Notes under the pieces: model-generated
Database searches by the model: none
What the model was told of the DNA's origin: nothing
The model's input: only the letters and a program-made list of their open reading frames with translations
Shown here: piece by piece, positions 13,643 through 26,719 of the stretch
Layout of the letters: each line of letters opens with the position of its first letter
Position numbering within the stretch: position 1 is the stretch's first letter
Translations under genes and position numbers: made by a program
NCBI RefSeq assembly: GCF_006345805.1
Contig: NC_043002.1
Location: forward strand, 109,864,001-109,928,000
From: Octopus sinensis
Lineage: Eukaryota
DNA length: 64,000 nt
Direction of reading: 5' to 3'

Positions 13643-13950
13643 TAGATGTTGAATTAGAATTTATAGCCGTTAGATTGGTACGTCACCATTCTTGTGCTTG
13701 TTTGTGATTAGTGTGTGTTGCTTCTGTGTTTATTTAGCCTTGTCCTGTGTAATGGGCTCCTCTCTACATTCTGAGTTCAAATTCCGCCAAGGTTGACTTT
13801 GCCTTTCATATTTGGGTGTCGATTAAATAAAGTACCAGTCAGATACTGATATCGAAGCAGCCCATTAGTCTCCTCCCCACAAAACTGATTGCCTGCGCTT
13901 AAATCAGAAATTATTATTATTATTATTATTATTTATTATATTATTATTAT

Positions 13951-14265
13951 CATTCAGTAGTTTATTTTTTATAGCGTGCTTTCATTCACTACCGAGCGCA
14001 GCTCTGTGTGCTTGGGTATGCTGTGATTTGTTGTGATGCTTGATGGTTATTGTACGGAAAGTGTTCTGCGTAGGATGTGTGCAGTGCCTAGTAGTGCAAT
14101 TTTCTGTATGTTATAGTGTTTGTAAGTCCTGGGGTTTTGTACGTATTATCTGAATATTTTTTATCATGCTAATGCACCTACTATGATAGGAATTGTTTCT
14201 GTTTTTAGATTCACATTCAGGTTACCTCTATTTCCAGGTCTTTGATTTTGAAAGTTTCTCATTTC

Positions 14266-14303
<38 letters not shown>

Positions 14304-15062
14304 TATCATTCAGTAGTTTTTTTTTTATAGCGTGCTTTCACTTCACTACCGAGCGCAGCTCTGTGTGCCTTGGGTATGTGCTGTGATTTGTTGTGATGCT
14401 CTGATGGTATTGTATGGAAAGTGTTCTTCGTAGGATGTGTGCAGTGCCAGTAGTGCAATTTTCTGTATGTTATATGTGTTTGTAAGTCCTGTGTTTTTGT
14501 ACGTATTTATCTGAATATTTTTTATCATGCTAATGCACCCTATGATAGGAATTGTTTCTGTTTTTAGATTCCACATTCAGGTTACCTCTATTCCAGTCTT
14601 GTATTTTGAAAGTTTCTCCATTCTTTATGATTATTATTATTATTATATTATTATATTATTATCATTCAGTAGTTTTATTTTTATAGCGTGCTTTCACTTC
14701 ACTACCGAGCGCAGCTCTGTGTGCCTGGGTATGTGCTGTGATTTGTTGTGTGATGCTCTGATGGTTATTGTATGGAAAGTGTTCTGCGTAGGATGTGTGT
14801 GCAGTGCCTAGTAGTGCAATTTTCTGTATGTTATATGTGTTTGTAAGTCCTGGTGTTTTTGTTACGTATTGTCTGAATATTTTTTATCATGTATAATGCA
14901 CCTACTATGATAGGAATTGTTTCTGTTTTTAGATTCCACATTCTAGTTACCTCTATTTCCAGGTCTTTGTATTTTGAAAGTTTCTCCATTTCTTTTAGAG
15001 ACCGTTGTCATCTGCCGGTATTGATACATCAATTAGAAAGCATTTTTTCTCATCATGATCTC
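13951..15062 (-). mobile_element. three tandem 3'-ends of an R4/Dong-like non-LTR retrotransposon separated by (TTA)n
   Basis: Copies start at 13951, 14307 and 14663; they translate to KYKDLEIEVTRMWNLKTETIPII...IQKIALLGTAHILR (RLE C-terminus). Confidence 0.85.
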
Positions 15063-15245
15063 ATTATTATTATTATTATTTATTATTATTATTATTATAT
15101 TATTGTTGTTGTTGTTGTTGTTGTTGTGTTGTTGTTGTTGTTGTGTTGTTATTATCATTATTATCATTAAGGACCGAGGTAACTCATCCAGGAGTTACAC
15201 ACAAATAAATAGAAGAGTGCCATATCATGTGAAATTGGTTGAACT

Positions 15246-16610
15246 ATCATTATTATTTTATTATTATTTTTATGTTTGACTTTTGCTTTGCATTTGTAGA
15301 AGTTGGCTCCAAGTCTCACCCAGGGACCTCAAGAGATAACAAGAAGTCCATGTTGGTGTTATGCCTAGGGTGCCATATATTTGGTTTTATACATAGTGTT
15401 GTTCTAGAGAATGTAAGAAAATTATGAGTGTTTTAAAATTTGAGATTATATCGACAGTATTTTACGTAAGATATGAGCAGTTCCCATGAGCAGTACCTTT
15501 TGAATTTCTGCTATTTTGGGGGTTTCCTGGTATCTGAGCTAGGTAGCAATCAGCCCCTTTTGCTATCATTCCCAGGGCACCTATGACAACAGGTATTGTT
15601 TTAGTCCTCAGGTTCCACATTTTGCTAATTTCTATTTCAAGATCTTTATACTTGTTCAGTTTTGGTAGGTCTTGACAGATACGTTTATATCGATTGGGAT
15701 GGTCATATCAATGAGGAATCATACTTTTTGTCTGAAGTTCTTCAATATGATGCCTGGCCTATTTGCATTCATCTTTCTGTCAGTTTGAATGGTGAAGTTC
15801 CACAGGAGTGAAATGTGATCATTCTCAAGCACTGGAGGTGTTTTGTGTTTCCACAATTTTTGTGAATAACTTCAGGTCGTCCATGAATATCAAGTTGTTT
15901 AGTTTTCCCTTATCTCTTCCCAAATCGTATCCCAACTCTGTTTTCTATAGAACTTCACTCAAGGGTTTGTGGAGGCGCAATGGCCCAGTGGTTAGGGCAA
16001 CGAATTCGCGGTCATAGGATCGCGGTTTCGATCCCCAGACCGGGCGTTGTGAGTGTTTATTGAGCGAAAACGCCTAAAAAGCTCCACGAGGCTCCGGCAG
16101 GGGATGGTGGTGATCCCTGCTGTACTCTTTCACCACAACTTTCTCTCACTCTTACTTCCTGTTTCTGGTGTACCTGTATTTCAAAGGGCCGGCCTTGTCA
16201 CTCTCTGTGTCACGCTGAATATCCCCGAGAACTACGTTAAGGGTACACATGTCTGTTAATTTCACGAGCAGGCTGTTCCGTTGATCGGATCAACCGGAAC
16301 CCTCGTCGTCGTAACCGACGGAGTGCTTCCATATCACTCAAGGGTATCATTCCCAGCACGAATATCAGAGGGGACACACTGTCCCCTTGGAAGATTCCTT
16401 TCTTGATTTTCACCTCTCCTAATATTTGCTTCTCTGCTGTCAATTCCGTCCTCCATCATTTCATGCTATCCCATATAAGGTTTCTCATAGTCTCTGCTAC
16501 TCCATACATTTCCATTGTTGTTATTAACCAGAAGTGTGGTATCATATCATATGCTTTGCGATAGTCAATCCATGCCATGCTCAGGTTTGTGTCTTCTCTT
16601 GCAGTTCCTG
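15246..16610 (-). mobile_element. internally deleted R4/Dong-like element (RT plus RLE), interrupted by a SINE
   Basis: AWIDYRKAYDMIPH, KGIFQGDSVSPLIF, IFMDDLKLF joined directly to LLWNFTIQT...NRP...IDMTIP...KYKDLEIEISKMWNL; (TAA)n-like tail at 15246. Confidence 0.85.
15969..16331 (+). mobile_element. SINE family A inserted in R4/Dong RT
   Basis: TSD TCACTCAAGGGT at 15955 and 16334. Confidence 0.9.
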
Positions 16611-16721
16611 ATAATTAGATTATGAATTAAGATCTGATCCTTCGGTCTCCGGCTCCTTTTTCGGCACCCTTTCTGTTTAATGGGTAGCAGCTCACTTTTT
16701 CTCAAGTGTCTGTACAGTTCA

Positions 16722-16799
<78 letters not shown>

Positions 16800-16989
16800 C
16801 GTTATCATTATCATTATCGTTATTATTATTATTATTATTATTATTTACTCTTTTACTCTTTTACTCTTTTACTTGTTTCAGTCATTTGACTGTGGCCATG
16901 CTGGAGCACCCCCTTTAGTCGAGCAAATCGACCCTGGGACTTATTCTTTTGTAAGCCCAGTACTTCTTCTATCGGTCTCTTTTTGCCGA

Positions 16990-16997
16990 ACCGCTAA

Positions 16998-17074
<77 letters not shown>

Positions 17075-17096
17075 AATTATTATTATCATTATTATT

Positions 17097-17127
<31 letters not shown>

Positions 17128-17154
17128 TATTATTATTATCATTATTATTATTAC

Positions 17155-17244
<90 letters not shown>

Positions 17245-17264
17245 AATTGTTATTATCATTATCA

Positions 17265-17300
<36 letters not shown>

Positions 17301-17302
17301 TA

Positions 17303-17347
<45 letters not shown>

Positions 17348-17371
17348 CATTATCATATCATTATCATTATT

Positions 17372-17412
<41 letters not shown>

Positions 17413-17451
17413 TATTTTATTATTATCATTATCATTATCACTATCATTATC

Positions 17452-17542
<91 letters not shown>

Positions 17543-17562
17543 TATTATTATTATTATTATTT
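16990..17562. repeat. long (ATT/ATC)n tract
   Basis: Direct inspection; one of many (TTA)n tracts next to R4/Dong ends. Confidence 0.95.
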
Positions 17563-18290
17563 TAATGTACATGTTTGACGCAATCATTTGCCGGGACACA
17601 CTTAGCATCCTAATGCAAATGAAAGTTAAGACATGTTGAAATATAACTGAAAGCTTGAGGAGGGAAGACGCAGAGGGCTGTACAGAAATACATTCATTTA
17701 ATACAATACCACACAAACATTTAAATTGATAGGGTCTTTTTAAGGATGTGGACGGTACTTGTCGATAGTCATTTGGATTACTTAGTGGCATGGTTCTCCT
17801 GGGATGTTGTCTAGATGTTTCTGACGTTCCTTTTTTATCATACCTCAGGCACCTACAATAACTGGAACAGCATTTGTTTTAAGATGTCACATCTTTTGTA
17901 TTTAAATTTCCAGTTCCTTATAGTTACTGAGTTTGTCAAATTAGTTTACAGGTATATTTTTTATCGCTGGGGACACTTACATCTATCAGTCCACAAGTAT
18001 TTTCTTCCCAGCCTTTAATAATCATGTCTGGTCGATTAGCCTAGATTGTTTTTGTCAGTGTTGACTGGAAAATCCCAGAGGATGGTGACATTTTTACCTT
18101 CAACCATTGGCCTAGGGTGGTGTTCATACCAGTTATTAGAAGTGTCGATTCGTAGCACTTGCATATTTTCCAATGTAAATACTGTCCTAGCCAATTGTGG
18201 CGGTTTTTAAATATTCGTTTGGTGTTGTGACAGAACATTCTGAAACAAGATGTTCTATGTTCTATTCCTTCATCAACAGCCCGAAGCAAA
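17563..18290 (-). mobile_element. R4/Dong-like fragment (CCHC plus RLE plus 3' UTR)
   Basis: EHRTSC...RHNWLGQYLHWKIC, NRPDMIIK, LIDVSVPSD, YKELEI; abuts a long (ATT/ATC)n tract. Confidence 0.8.
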
Positions 18291-18599
18291 ATGTTTTATT
18301 ATTATTGTTGTGTTGTTTTTGTTGTTGCTGTGATTAAGAAGGTTGGGTGTTATAGAATTGTTAGCAGTCTACTGTCCGCCTTTACGTTCTACGTTGAAAT
18401 TCTATCTGAGACCTCTGTTCTTTCATATTTTCGGTATCGATAATATAAGAACCAGCTGAACACTGGAATTGATCTTATCGACTTTCCCCTCCATCAAAAT
18501 TGCTGGACTTGTGCCAAAATTTGGAACCATTATTATTTGATGAAAACCCTCAACTTATTTCGTTGGATATGATAGAAAGTGTCAGCTGTCCACAGCCAG

Positions 18600-19150
18600 C
18601 AGACTAAGGTGACACTTGTTCACTGATCTTACATCAGTTCCAAGCAATACTGATTTTTGTAGATGTTCTATCTTCACATTTGTACCAACCTTTTTCAGCC
18701 ATGTTGTTAGCTGAGTGCTGATGATTCCAAGCACGCCAGTCACTCTGTGATCACGTCCACTCTCTTCATTGTCAACATCCTGTGTATTTCCCACTTCAGT
18801 TCATCAAAGTTGTTCAGTTTTTATTCTTTCTCTTCGATCCTGTTGTCATGCGCCATATTTTTCTTTTCTGTTCACCGCAAAAACGTTCATATTGCATCTC
18901 ACGTGATTTTGCAATCCTCATTCTCAGTAACACCTGGGATTTTGTCATACTACGTCTTTGATTTTTCTAGGCCATTATTTCCAGTGCTCCCAATGGATCA
19001 TTCTTGCCACATTGTCATGTCACCTCTTATATTCGCGTTGTGCCAATTTCGGGCATTCACTAAGAATGTGCCATACATTCTCTCGCCACATATTCTGCAT
19101 TTGTCGCTCTCGGGTCTTTTATCAATTCTGCACCTCACATAGTTTGTCTT
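18600..19150 (-). mobile_element. R4/Dong-like fragment (CCHC plus RLE end)
   Basis: CGENVWHILSECPKLAQREYK..HDNVARMIHW and GVLGIISTQL...LQKSVLLGT. Confidence 0.75.
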
Positions 19151-19318
19151 CAAATCACGTTACATCAGCATTATTTATTGGGAACACCTAGTACAAAATA
19201 TAACTGAACGGTGGTCTCTATCGAAGAACAATAGCCTGCAGTCCGGGAATTGTCCATCAAATAGTGAAATATAATTTCCGAAAACTGCAGGACGTTGTAA
19301 CTGTATTGCAGAGGGGTA

Positions 19319-19699
19319 GTGGAGGCGCAATGGCCCAGTGGTTAGGGCAACGAACTCGCGGTCGTAGGATCGCGGTTTCGATTCCCAGACCGGGCGTTGT
19401 GAGTGTTTATTGAGCGAAAACACCTAAAGCTCCACGAGGCTCCGGCAGGGGATGGTGGTGATCCCTGCTGTACTCTTTCACCACAACTTTCTCTCACTCT
19501 TACTTCCTGTTTCTGTTGTACCTTGCATTTCAAAGGGCCGGCCTTGTCACTCTCTGTGTCACGCTGAATATCCCCGAGAACTACGTTAAGGGTACACGTG
19601 TCTGTGGAGTGCTCAGCCACTTACACGTTAATTTCACGAGCAGGCTGTTCCGTTGATCAGATCAACTGGAACCCTCATCGTCGTAACCGACGGAGTGCT
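19319..19699 (+). mobile_element. SINE family A
   Basis: Full-length match. Confidence 0.9.
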
Positions 19700-20161
19700 A
19701 AAAAAAAAAAAAATTGCAAAGGGGTTCGAAATATTTTTGCCTGTCCAGTGTGTGGTCGAATTTCATTTTCTAAACACGGATTGTCAGCCATCAAAGTTCA
19801 CGTAATGGGAGACCAGCATGAGGTGCTTATTTTCATAGCGATCCAGCGGCACCAGCGGAGCACTGCTGTCTGCGTTTTGGAAACGTCTACTATTGCGTTG
19901 ATAGATTTATTTTTGACGAAGCCACAAGGACGGAATTGCTGTTGGTGAGACTATTTGGCCAAACTATGTGTAACAGCTGTTACAAATAATTTAAAACAAA
20001 ATTGGGGTTCAATATTTACATTATTTACATTTGACGGATATTTGTTCTCATCTTGTTTGTTGTTAACCACCAAGCCATATGCCCACGGACATATGGCGTA
20101 GTGGTTAAGGGCGCGGGCTACTAATCCCGAGATTCCGAGTTCAATTTCAAGAAGTGACCTA

Positions 20162-20208
<47 letters not shown>

Positions 20209-20244
20209 TAATAATAATAAAAATAATAATAATGATAATAATAA

Positions 20245-20795
20245 GTGCCCTGATGCAGTACCAGGCAGTGGCTCTCATGGCTTCTGATCTTTACTGATTG
20301 GAAGTGTTATCATGTACATTGTTTTGTCTTGGTATAAAAGATGGGCTACAGCAAATATTCTGCTCAATACCACAGATTTGCTTGTCAGTTGTTTGACTTT
20401 AACCAGTTGAGCATGTCCCTTAGTGGCTGACGATATGTGCATCTCTGATCACGAGCAGAAATTGTAGGGGAGCATCATAGCCATGTGTTGAGAGGGATTC
20501 TTTGGGGTTTGAATAATTCACCTCTGGAAAATGGGTGTTCGTTCAACATCCTTAAACCACTTATTCAGGGACTTTTGAGTGGAATGGGTTACTCGACCTG
20601 AAGAACATTCTAACTGGGCCCCACCTGCAAGGTCATGTGCTGTTTATCTTGATATGAGATCACCATGTAGCGCACATATGATTGTGATGCATGTGCCTAG
20701 TGTACCCTTATCAGACGGGTAGTCATAATGGGTATACTGGGCTTCGTATATTTTACCCCAGTGTCACTTTGATAGCATGCACTGCTCTCTCACTC
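20245..20795 (+). mobile_element. LINE-like 3'-end fragment with (AAT)n tail
   Basis: Same family as 3119-3630; flanked by (AAT)n on both sides. Confidence 0.6.
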
Positions 20796-20853
<58 letters not shown>

Positions 20854-20900
20854 TCGAAAAATACCTTAGGAATGAGAACTCAGGTTCGAAATTTTACCAA

Positions 20901-20946
20901 GACACCTGATGAAGGCTGGAGGGTATATCAGCTGAAACGTTGTGTT
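20901..20946 (+). ncRNA. minimal type I hammerhead ribozyme
   Basis: GACAC-CTGATGA-A-GGCTG/CAGCT stem II-GAA-ACGT(2-bp palindromic stem III)-T-GTGTT (pairs with GACAC); triplet GUU. Confidence 0.7.
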
Positions 20947-21125
20947 AACAACAAACAAGATGAGGACAAAAATCCGTCAAATGTAAATAATGTAAATGAT
21001 GTACATAATTCCTCATCTCTTAAATAATTAGGGTTGTATGGATGTGTCCCCAGTGAGAAAATCGTTGTTTGAAATCGAGGTGATGTCAACCTTATAAATA
21101 TACATATATACATACGCGTGCGCTT

Positions 21126-21166
<41 letters not shown>

Positions 21167-21627
21167 GTGTGTATGTTGTGTGTATATGTGTATGTGTGTG
21201 TGTGTGAGTAATTATGGTGTTTTCTGCTAAGGACGTAGTAGAGTACAGTATAAAGCTTGTCCACCTTCAGATTTCACCCTGTGCTATCCAGTAGCAATAT
21301 TATACGTTCTTCTTGGCTTGCATTTGGGGCATCTGTCGTGTGGGAATAAGATAAATGAAAAAATCCTCTTCAAATTCTTGAAGCCAAGGATTTTGAACTT
21401 ACGGAGACAATATCTACTTATCGCCTGAGGAAACACAACCAAATCTCATAATGCAGGGAAACAGCTACATAATCAAGTACATACATGCCTGGAGAACTAC
21501 GTCGCGTGGAGACAATTGTAGTGATTAAAACATAAATGTCCAATTGTACTCCTTGTTGACTTCAATTTTTTCGATTACACACACACATATATATATATGT
21601 GTGTGTGTGTGTATGTATATATGTATG

Positions 21628-22017
21628 CTCTTTTTTACTCTTTTACTTGTTTTAGCCATTTGACTGCGGCCATGCTAGAGCATTGTCTTTAGCCGACCAA
21701 ATCGACCCCAGGACTTAATCATTGTAAGCCTAGTACTTATTCTATCGGTCTTTTTTGCCGAACCGCTAAGTTACAGGGACGTAAACACACCACCATCGGT
21801 TGTCAAGGGAGGACAAACACAGACACACAAACATATACACACACATACATATATTCGACGGGCTTCCTTTAGTTTCCGTCTACCAAATCCACTGACAAGG
21901 CTTTGGTCGGCCTGAGGCTATAGTAGAAGACACTTGTCCAAGGTGCCACGCAGTGGGAATGAACCTGGAACCATTGGTTGGTAAACAAGCTACTTACCAC
22001 ACAGCCGGTCCTGCGCC
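21628..22017 (-). mobile_element. SINE family C
   Basis: Full-length match. Confidence 0.85.
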
Positions 22018-22083
22018 ACTATATATAATATATATATATATATATATTATAGATATATATTATCGCATTTTGACTTTGTTATA

Positions 22084-22128
<45 letters not shown>

Positions 22129-22204
22129 ATCTAAAATGAAAAACAACACGCTAGGACGTGAACAAATTATCGTGTTATTGGACGCTCAGGAACGAAGGAA
22201 AGAA

Positions 22205-22250
22205 GGAGTGTTTATGTTTCGAGTGGAGCTCTTCGTCAGAAACATAGGAA
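22205..22250 (-). ncRNA. degenerate hammerhead motif
   Basis: GTTT-CTGACGA-A-GAG/CTC-GAAAC-ATA-AAC; stem III and stem I damaged. Confidence 0.45.
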
Positions 22251-22323
22251 AATAAATTAATTTTACTCTGCTATGTATTGAGTACCTTATTTACTGTGGT
22301 TAACCCCGAATCAACCCGGGACC

Positions 22324-22357
<34 letters not shown>

Positions 22358-22360
<3 letters not shown>

Positions 22361-22553
22361 GTAAATGTAATAAGTGACAATTATTCGGTATCCATGATAA
22401 AACTCCGAGTTTCGGATGCCGAAGTGGAAATCCACGCCGCCATCTCTCCAGTTATCCGGCCATCGGAAAAATACTATGAAAAAAAAAACTAAACTCCGAA
22501 ACTCTGTGTTTTATCATGGCTACCAAATAATTGTCACATATTACATTTACAGA
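22358..22553. mobile_element. small Penelope-like inverted repeat with degenerate hammerhead
   Basis: About 55-bp inverted arms TCTGTAAATGTAATAAGTGACAATTATT...; minus strand GATAA-CTGGAGA...GAA-ACTCGGAGT-T-TTATC has a mutated core. Confidence 0.55.
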
Positions 22554-22624
22554 TAAATTCCTCTATTTACATAATATGAAGGTCGCTTTCACTTTCTTGT
22601 TGTCTTACTATTTTTATCAATATA

Positions 22625-23018
22625 CTAGCAGTATCGCCTGGCGTTGCTCGGGTTTGTAAGGGAAATAACTATATAAGCATTTTTAGAGATGTAAAGTATA
22701 ATAGCCATCTCAATATGACTAACCACAAAGGGGGGGGGGTTACTGTAGCTTTTTACGTTCTGAGATTTAATAATACATTTTTAGAGAGTTACTTCCCTTA
22801 TATATGCCAAAAATGCATTAAAAATGGGAAAAATTGATGGTAATTTTTTTTTTAAATCGTAGACTCATCGTAGATGCGCGCTAATACCCAAAAGGGCTCG
22901 ATATGAATCACGACTATAAGATACCCGGTTTTGGTTAAACTGCACCGCAAAATGTGGGAATAGTTAGGAATCTAAATCGTAGGAGACAGACAGCACACAA
23001 CCTCACTTTTATATATAT
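22625..23018 (-). mobile_element. non-autonomous Helitron (same family as the 41.3-kb array)
   Basis: Plus strand A|CTAGCAGTATCGCCTGGCGTTGCTCGGG is the reverse complement of the 3' end. Internal sequence matches array units 1-3; the 5' end merges into (TA)n. Confidence 0.85.
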
Positions 23019-23454
23019 ATATATATACATATATATATAAACTCATGTAGGCATTGTTTTATTTGGACTTTATATAGTTAAAGAAGAGGATGAGCAAATG
23101 TTAATATACAAATGATATCGGTAAAATCAGATTTATAGATACTTAGATGCTTGGGTTAGTCTCGGCCGAAATTGGCCCAGGCCGTGACTAAGTTAACAAC
23201 ACCACCTGGGGAAGCTGTCTAATTTTGTGTTTGTGTAAATGTAAGTATGCGTGTGTACATATACATCTCTGTGATTGATTCTCTCTCTTTCTCTTTCTTA
23301 CCCTCTCTCTCTCTCCCTTGCTCTCTCTCTCTCTCTTGCTCTCTCTCTCTTGCTCTCTCTCTCTTGCTCTTATCTCTTCTCTCTCTCTCTCTCTCCTCTC
23401 TCGCTCTCTCTCTCTCTCTTGATCTCTCTCTCTCTTGCTCTCTCTCTCTCTCTC

Positions 23455-23510
<56 letters not shown>

Positions 23511-23984
23511 CACATAAAAATGGAGATGTACATTAACCACTTATACATCACCCACCGCTACGCCCAGGATCAATTCAAGATTATTCCCTCTCGAATTACC
23601 TCCCCCAAACCCTAACCCCAGGTCACCGACCCTTCCTCTTACCTCCGCGTGTAACCCGAGACTGTTTTCACTGAATTAAAGTCAACCCAAACAAAGACTA
23701 AAGTGACGGTGGGGTGAGGGCGACGAAGTATCCAGTCTCGACATTGATACCTGGATGTGAGAGGAGAGAGGCGGTGTCACGTCTAGCAGTACCTGCTGTA
23801 TAAAGTTCCGGCTATCACTTGCAAGGTGAGAGGGAGAGGTACAGAGAGGAGAATGATGTATTATGTGGAGGAGTGACAGAGAGAAAGAGGCGGGCCGGGA
23901 CTGGGATTGAAACCGGACACAGTAAACGGATAGTTGTGCGTGCGTCTGCATACACGAGCGTATATATATATATGTGTGTGTGTG

Positions 23985-24031
<47 letters not shown>

Positions 24032-24691
24032 CGCGTGCGTCTGCATACATGAGCGTATATGTGTGTGTGTGTGTGTGTATATGTATTTATATATGGATGT
24101 GTATATATTTATATGTTATATGCTTATGTATACATCTATATAGAAATATATATACATGTATATATATGATATACATATATGATATACATATATGATATAT
24201 GTAGTGTGTAAAGACACACATATGTGTACGTATAATCAGTATGTATGTGTATATATATAAATATATGATATCTGTACAGTGTAAACACACACATATGTGT
24301 GTGAGTGTCTGTGTATGTGTTTATGGGTTGGTGTACTTTAATGTTTATAAACAGGGAAGGTCCCCAAACATAAAGTAGTGCTTAGATTTTACGACAAATG
24401 GCAAATTTTTGAATTGTAAACTTGAAGAGATGCGAGTAACAATAATTGACCTAAGCTTCACGACTTCGTAATTTCTCAGCTGCACAATCTCCAGGTTGGT
24501 GCAAAGGGTTGCCTGGTCACCTACATGAAACATTGAATTCAGCGCATTAACCCCGAACATAGAGTATTTTTTACTCAAATCATCAAAAGTTCCTGGTAAT
24601 GTTTAGGGAAGAAATGAACAGGGACGACGTTGAACTTTAATTCAAGTGTTTAAAAATGACAATATATAAGTAAAAGTATTTGTCAATATAT

Positions 24692-25092
24692 AGGCGCGGG
24701 CGTTGTTGTGCGGCAAGAAGTTTGCTTCTCAACCACTTGGATCCGGGTTCAGTCCCACTGCGTGTCATTTTGGGCAACTATCTTCTGCTATGGCCTCGGG
24801 CCGACCAAAGCCTTGTCAGTGGGTTTGGTTGACGAAAACTGAAAGAATCCCGTTGGATCTTGCGTGAATGACTGTGTATGTGTGTGTGTGTGTGTGGTGT
24901 GTTTGTCCCCCACCACTGCTTCACAATCTGTGTTTTTCCGTCCCCCATAACTTAGCGGTTCGGTAAAAGAGACCGATAGAATAAGTACCAGGCTTTAAAA
25001 AAATATAAGAACTGGAGTCGATTCATTCGACTAAAAAATGTCTTCAAAGCGGTGCCCCAGCATGGCCGCAGGCTGAAACAAGTAAGAAATGA
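24692..25092 (+). mobile_element. SINE family C, diverged
   Basis: Head, CORE-like block and tail recognisable. Confidence 0.75.
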
Positions 25093-26035
25093 AACATCAA
25101 ACGTTCCCCACAACGGTTGGGAAAACAGTGAGCAGAGACATTGACTTAAGCTTTAATTCAAGCAAATAAAAGTAGCGTGACAATACATAAGCAAGAATAT
25201 TTGTCAACATATCGATGCAGTGGCTGTGATCCATTAACGGGCTTCCGAGGCCTGTCAGACTGAAGATGAAAGCCATCTTCAAAACGGATCCTGTACTAAA
25301 TCCTTGACACAGATTTGGCTCCACTAAAGATAGCCAAGGCTTCAAGTGGTGGTGCTAAACTGGGGATATGTTTGGTAGCTTATGCGGTCGATCTCTGAAC
25401 CGAGTGCTACTTCATTTCTTCACACCTCTGAACTAAAAATGAGCTTCTGAGTAATACAACTACTTAATCCTTCTCGCTGGATTAAGGAATGGGAGAGTTT
25501 AGATGGCAATATCTTCTCATGGTTACACAGGCACCTAAAACAATGAACGAAAGCATGTTATATGCTGCTGGGTCATACTCTACTCTTTGGCTATATACAG
25601 ATGTGGGTACACGTGTGTGTGTGTGTATACGTATATGTGTATATAAGTGTTTGCGTGAATGAGTGTGTCTGTGTGTGGGTGGGTTGGTGTGGGTGTGGGG
25701 GGAGGTGTATAATTATAAAAATAGCATAAATTCGCTTTGAACTAATGCCTTCTACTTCGGATTCTTCTACTCAACCTTGTAAACGTAATTTGATTGATGG
25801 CAACTGTTCAACAGTCTGTGTGTATAGACTCATACACAATGCAAATGTATGTGTGCGTGTGTGTGCGCGTGTGTGTGTGTGTGTGAGTGGTGTGTGTGTG
25901 TGTGTGTGTGTGTGTAGGGAGAGAGAGAGATAATGATGCAGATAAACGCGATTAGGCTTGATATATACATAAATAACGTATACACATACACACAGCACAA
26001 CACAACCACACACACCACAACACACACACACACAC

Positions 26036-26082
<47 letters not shown>

Positions 26083-26719
26083 GGGTAAGGCTGCACAGAG
26101 AGTAAAAATATACAGAAGATAAACACATGCGTAGAAGCACATTGATAGTTATATATTCACAAATTAATTTACTTTTACCTGGGGTATAAAAAAATACATA
26201 CATACATGCATACATACATACATGACATACATACATACATACATGCCACATACATACATACATGCATAATACATACATACATACATACATGCACACATAC
26301 ATACATACATACATACACATACAACAACATATACATACATACATACATACATACATGCACACATACATACATCATACATACACCCATACATACATACATA
26401 CATACACACATACATACATTACATACATACAAATGCATACATACATACATACATACATGCACACATACATACATACATACATACATACACACATACATAC
26501 ATACATACATACATACATACATACATACATACATGCACACATACATACATACATACATACATACATACATGCACACATACATACATACATGCACACATAC
26601 ATACATACATACATACATACATACATACATACATACATACATACATACGTACGTACGTACGTACGTACAGATGTATGTAATGTAAGTGTATATATATGAA
26701 TGGCTGGATATACAGATAA

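Larger units (their letters stand above)
20014..21030 (+). mobile_element. tRNA-headed, hammerhead-containing non-autonomous element with 54-bp 5' inversion
   Basis: 20014-20067 is the reverse complement of 20944-20997. tRNA-like head 20076-20159 (A box TGGCGTAGTGG, B box-like GAGTTCAATTTC), then (AAT)n, then the hammerhead. Confidence 0.7.

Noticed and set aside
23790-23835. TATAAA followed by AAG|GTGAGA donor-like site as a first exon
   Set aside because: Short motifs expected by chance; no supporting ORF or downstream exon.
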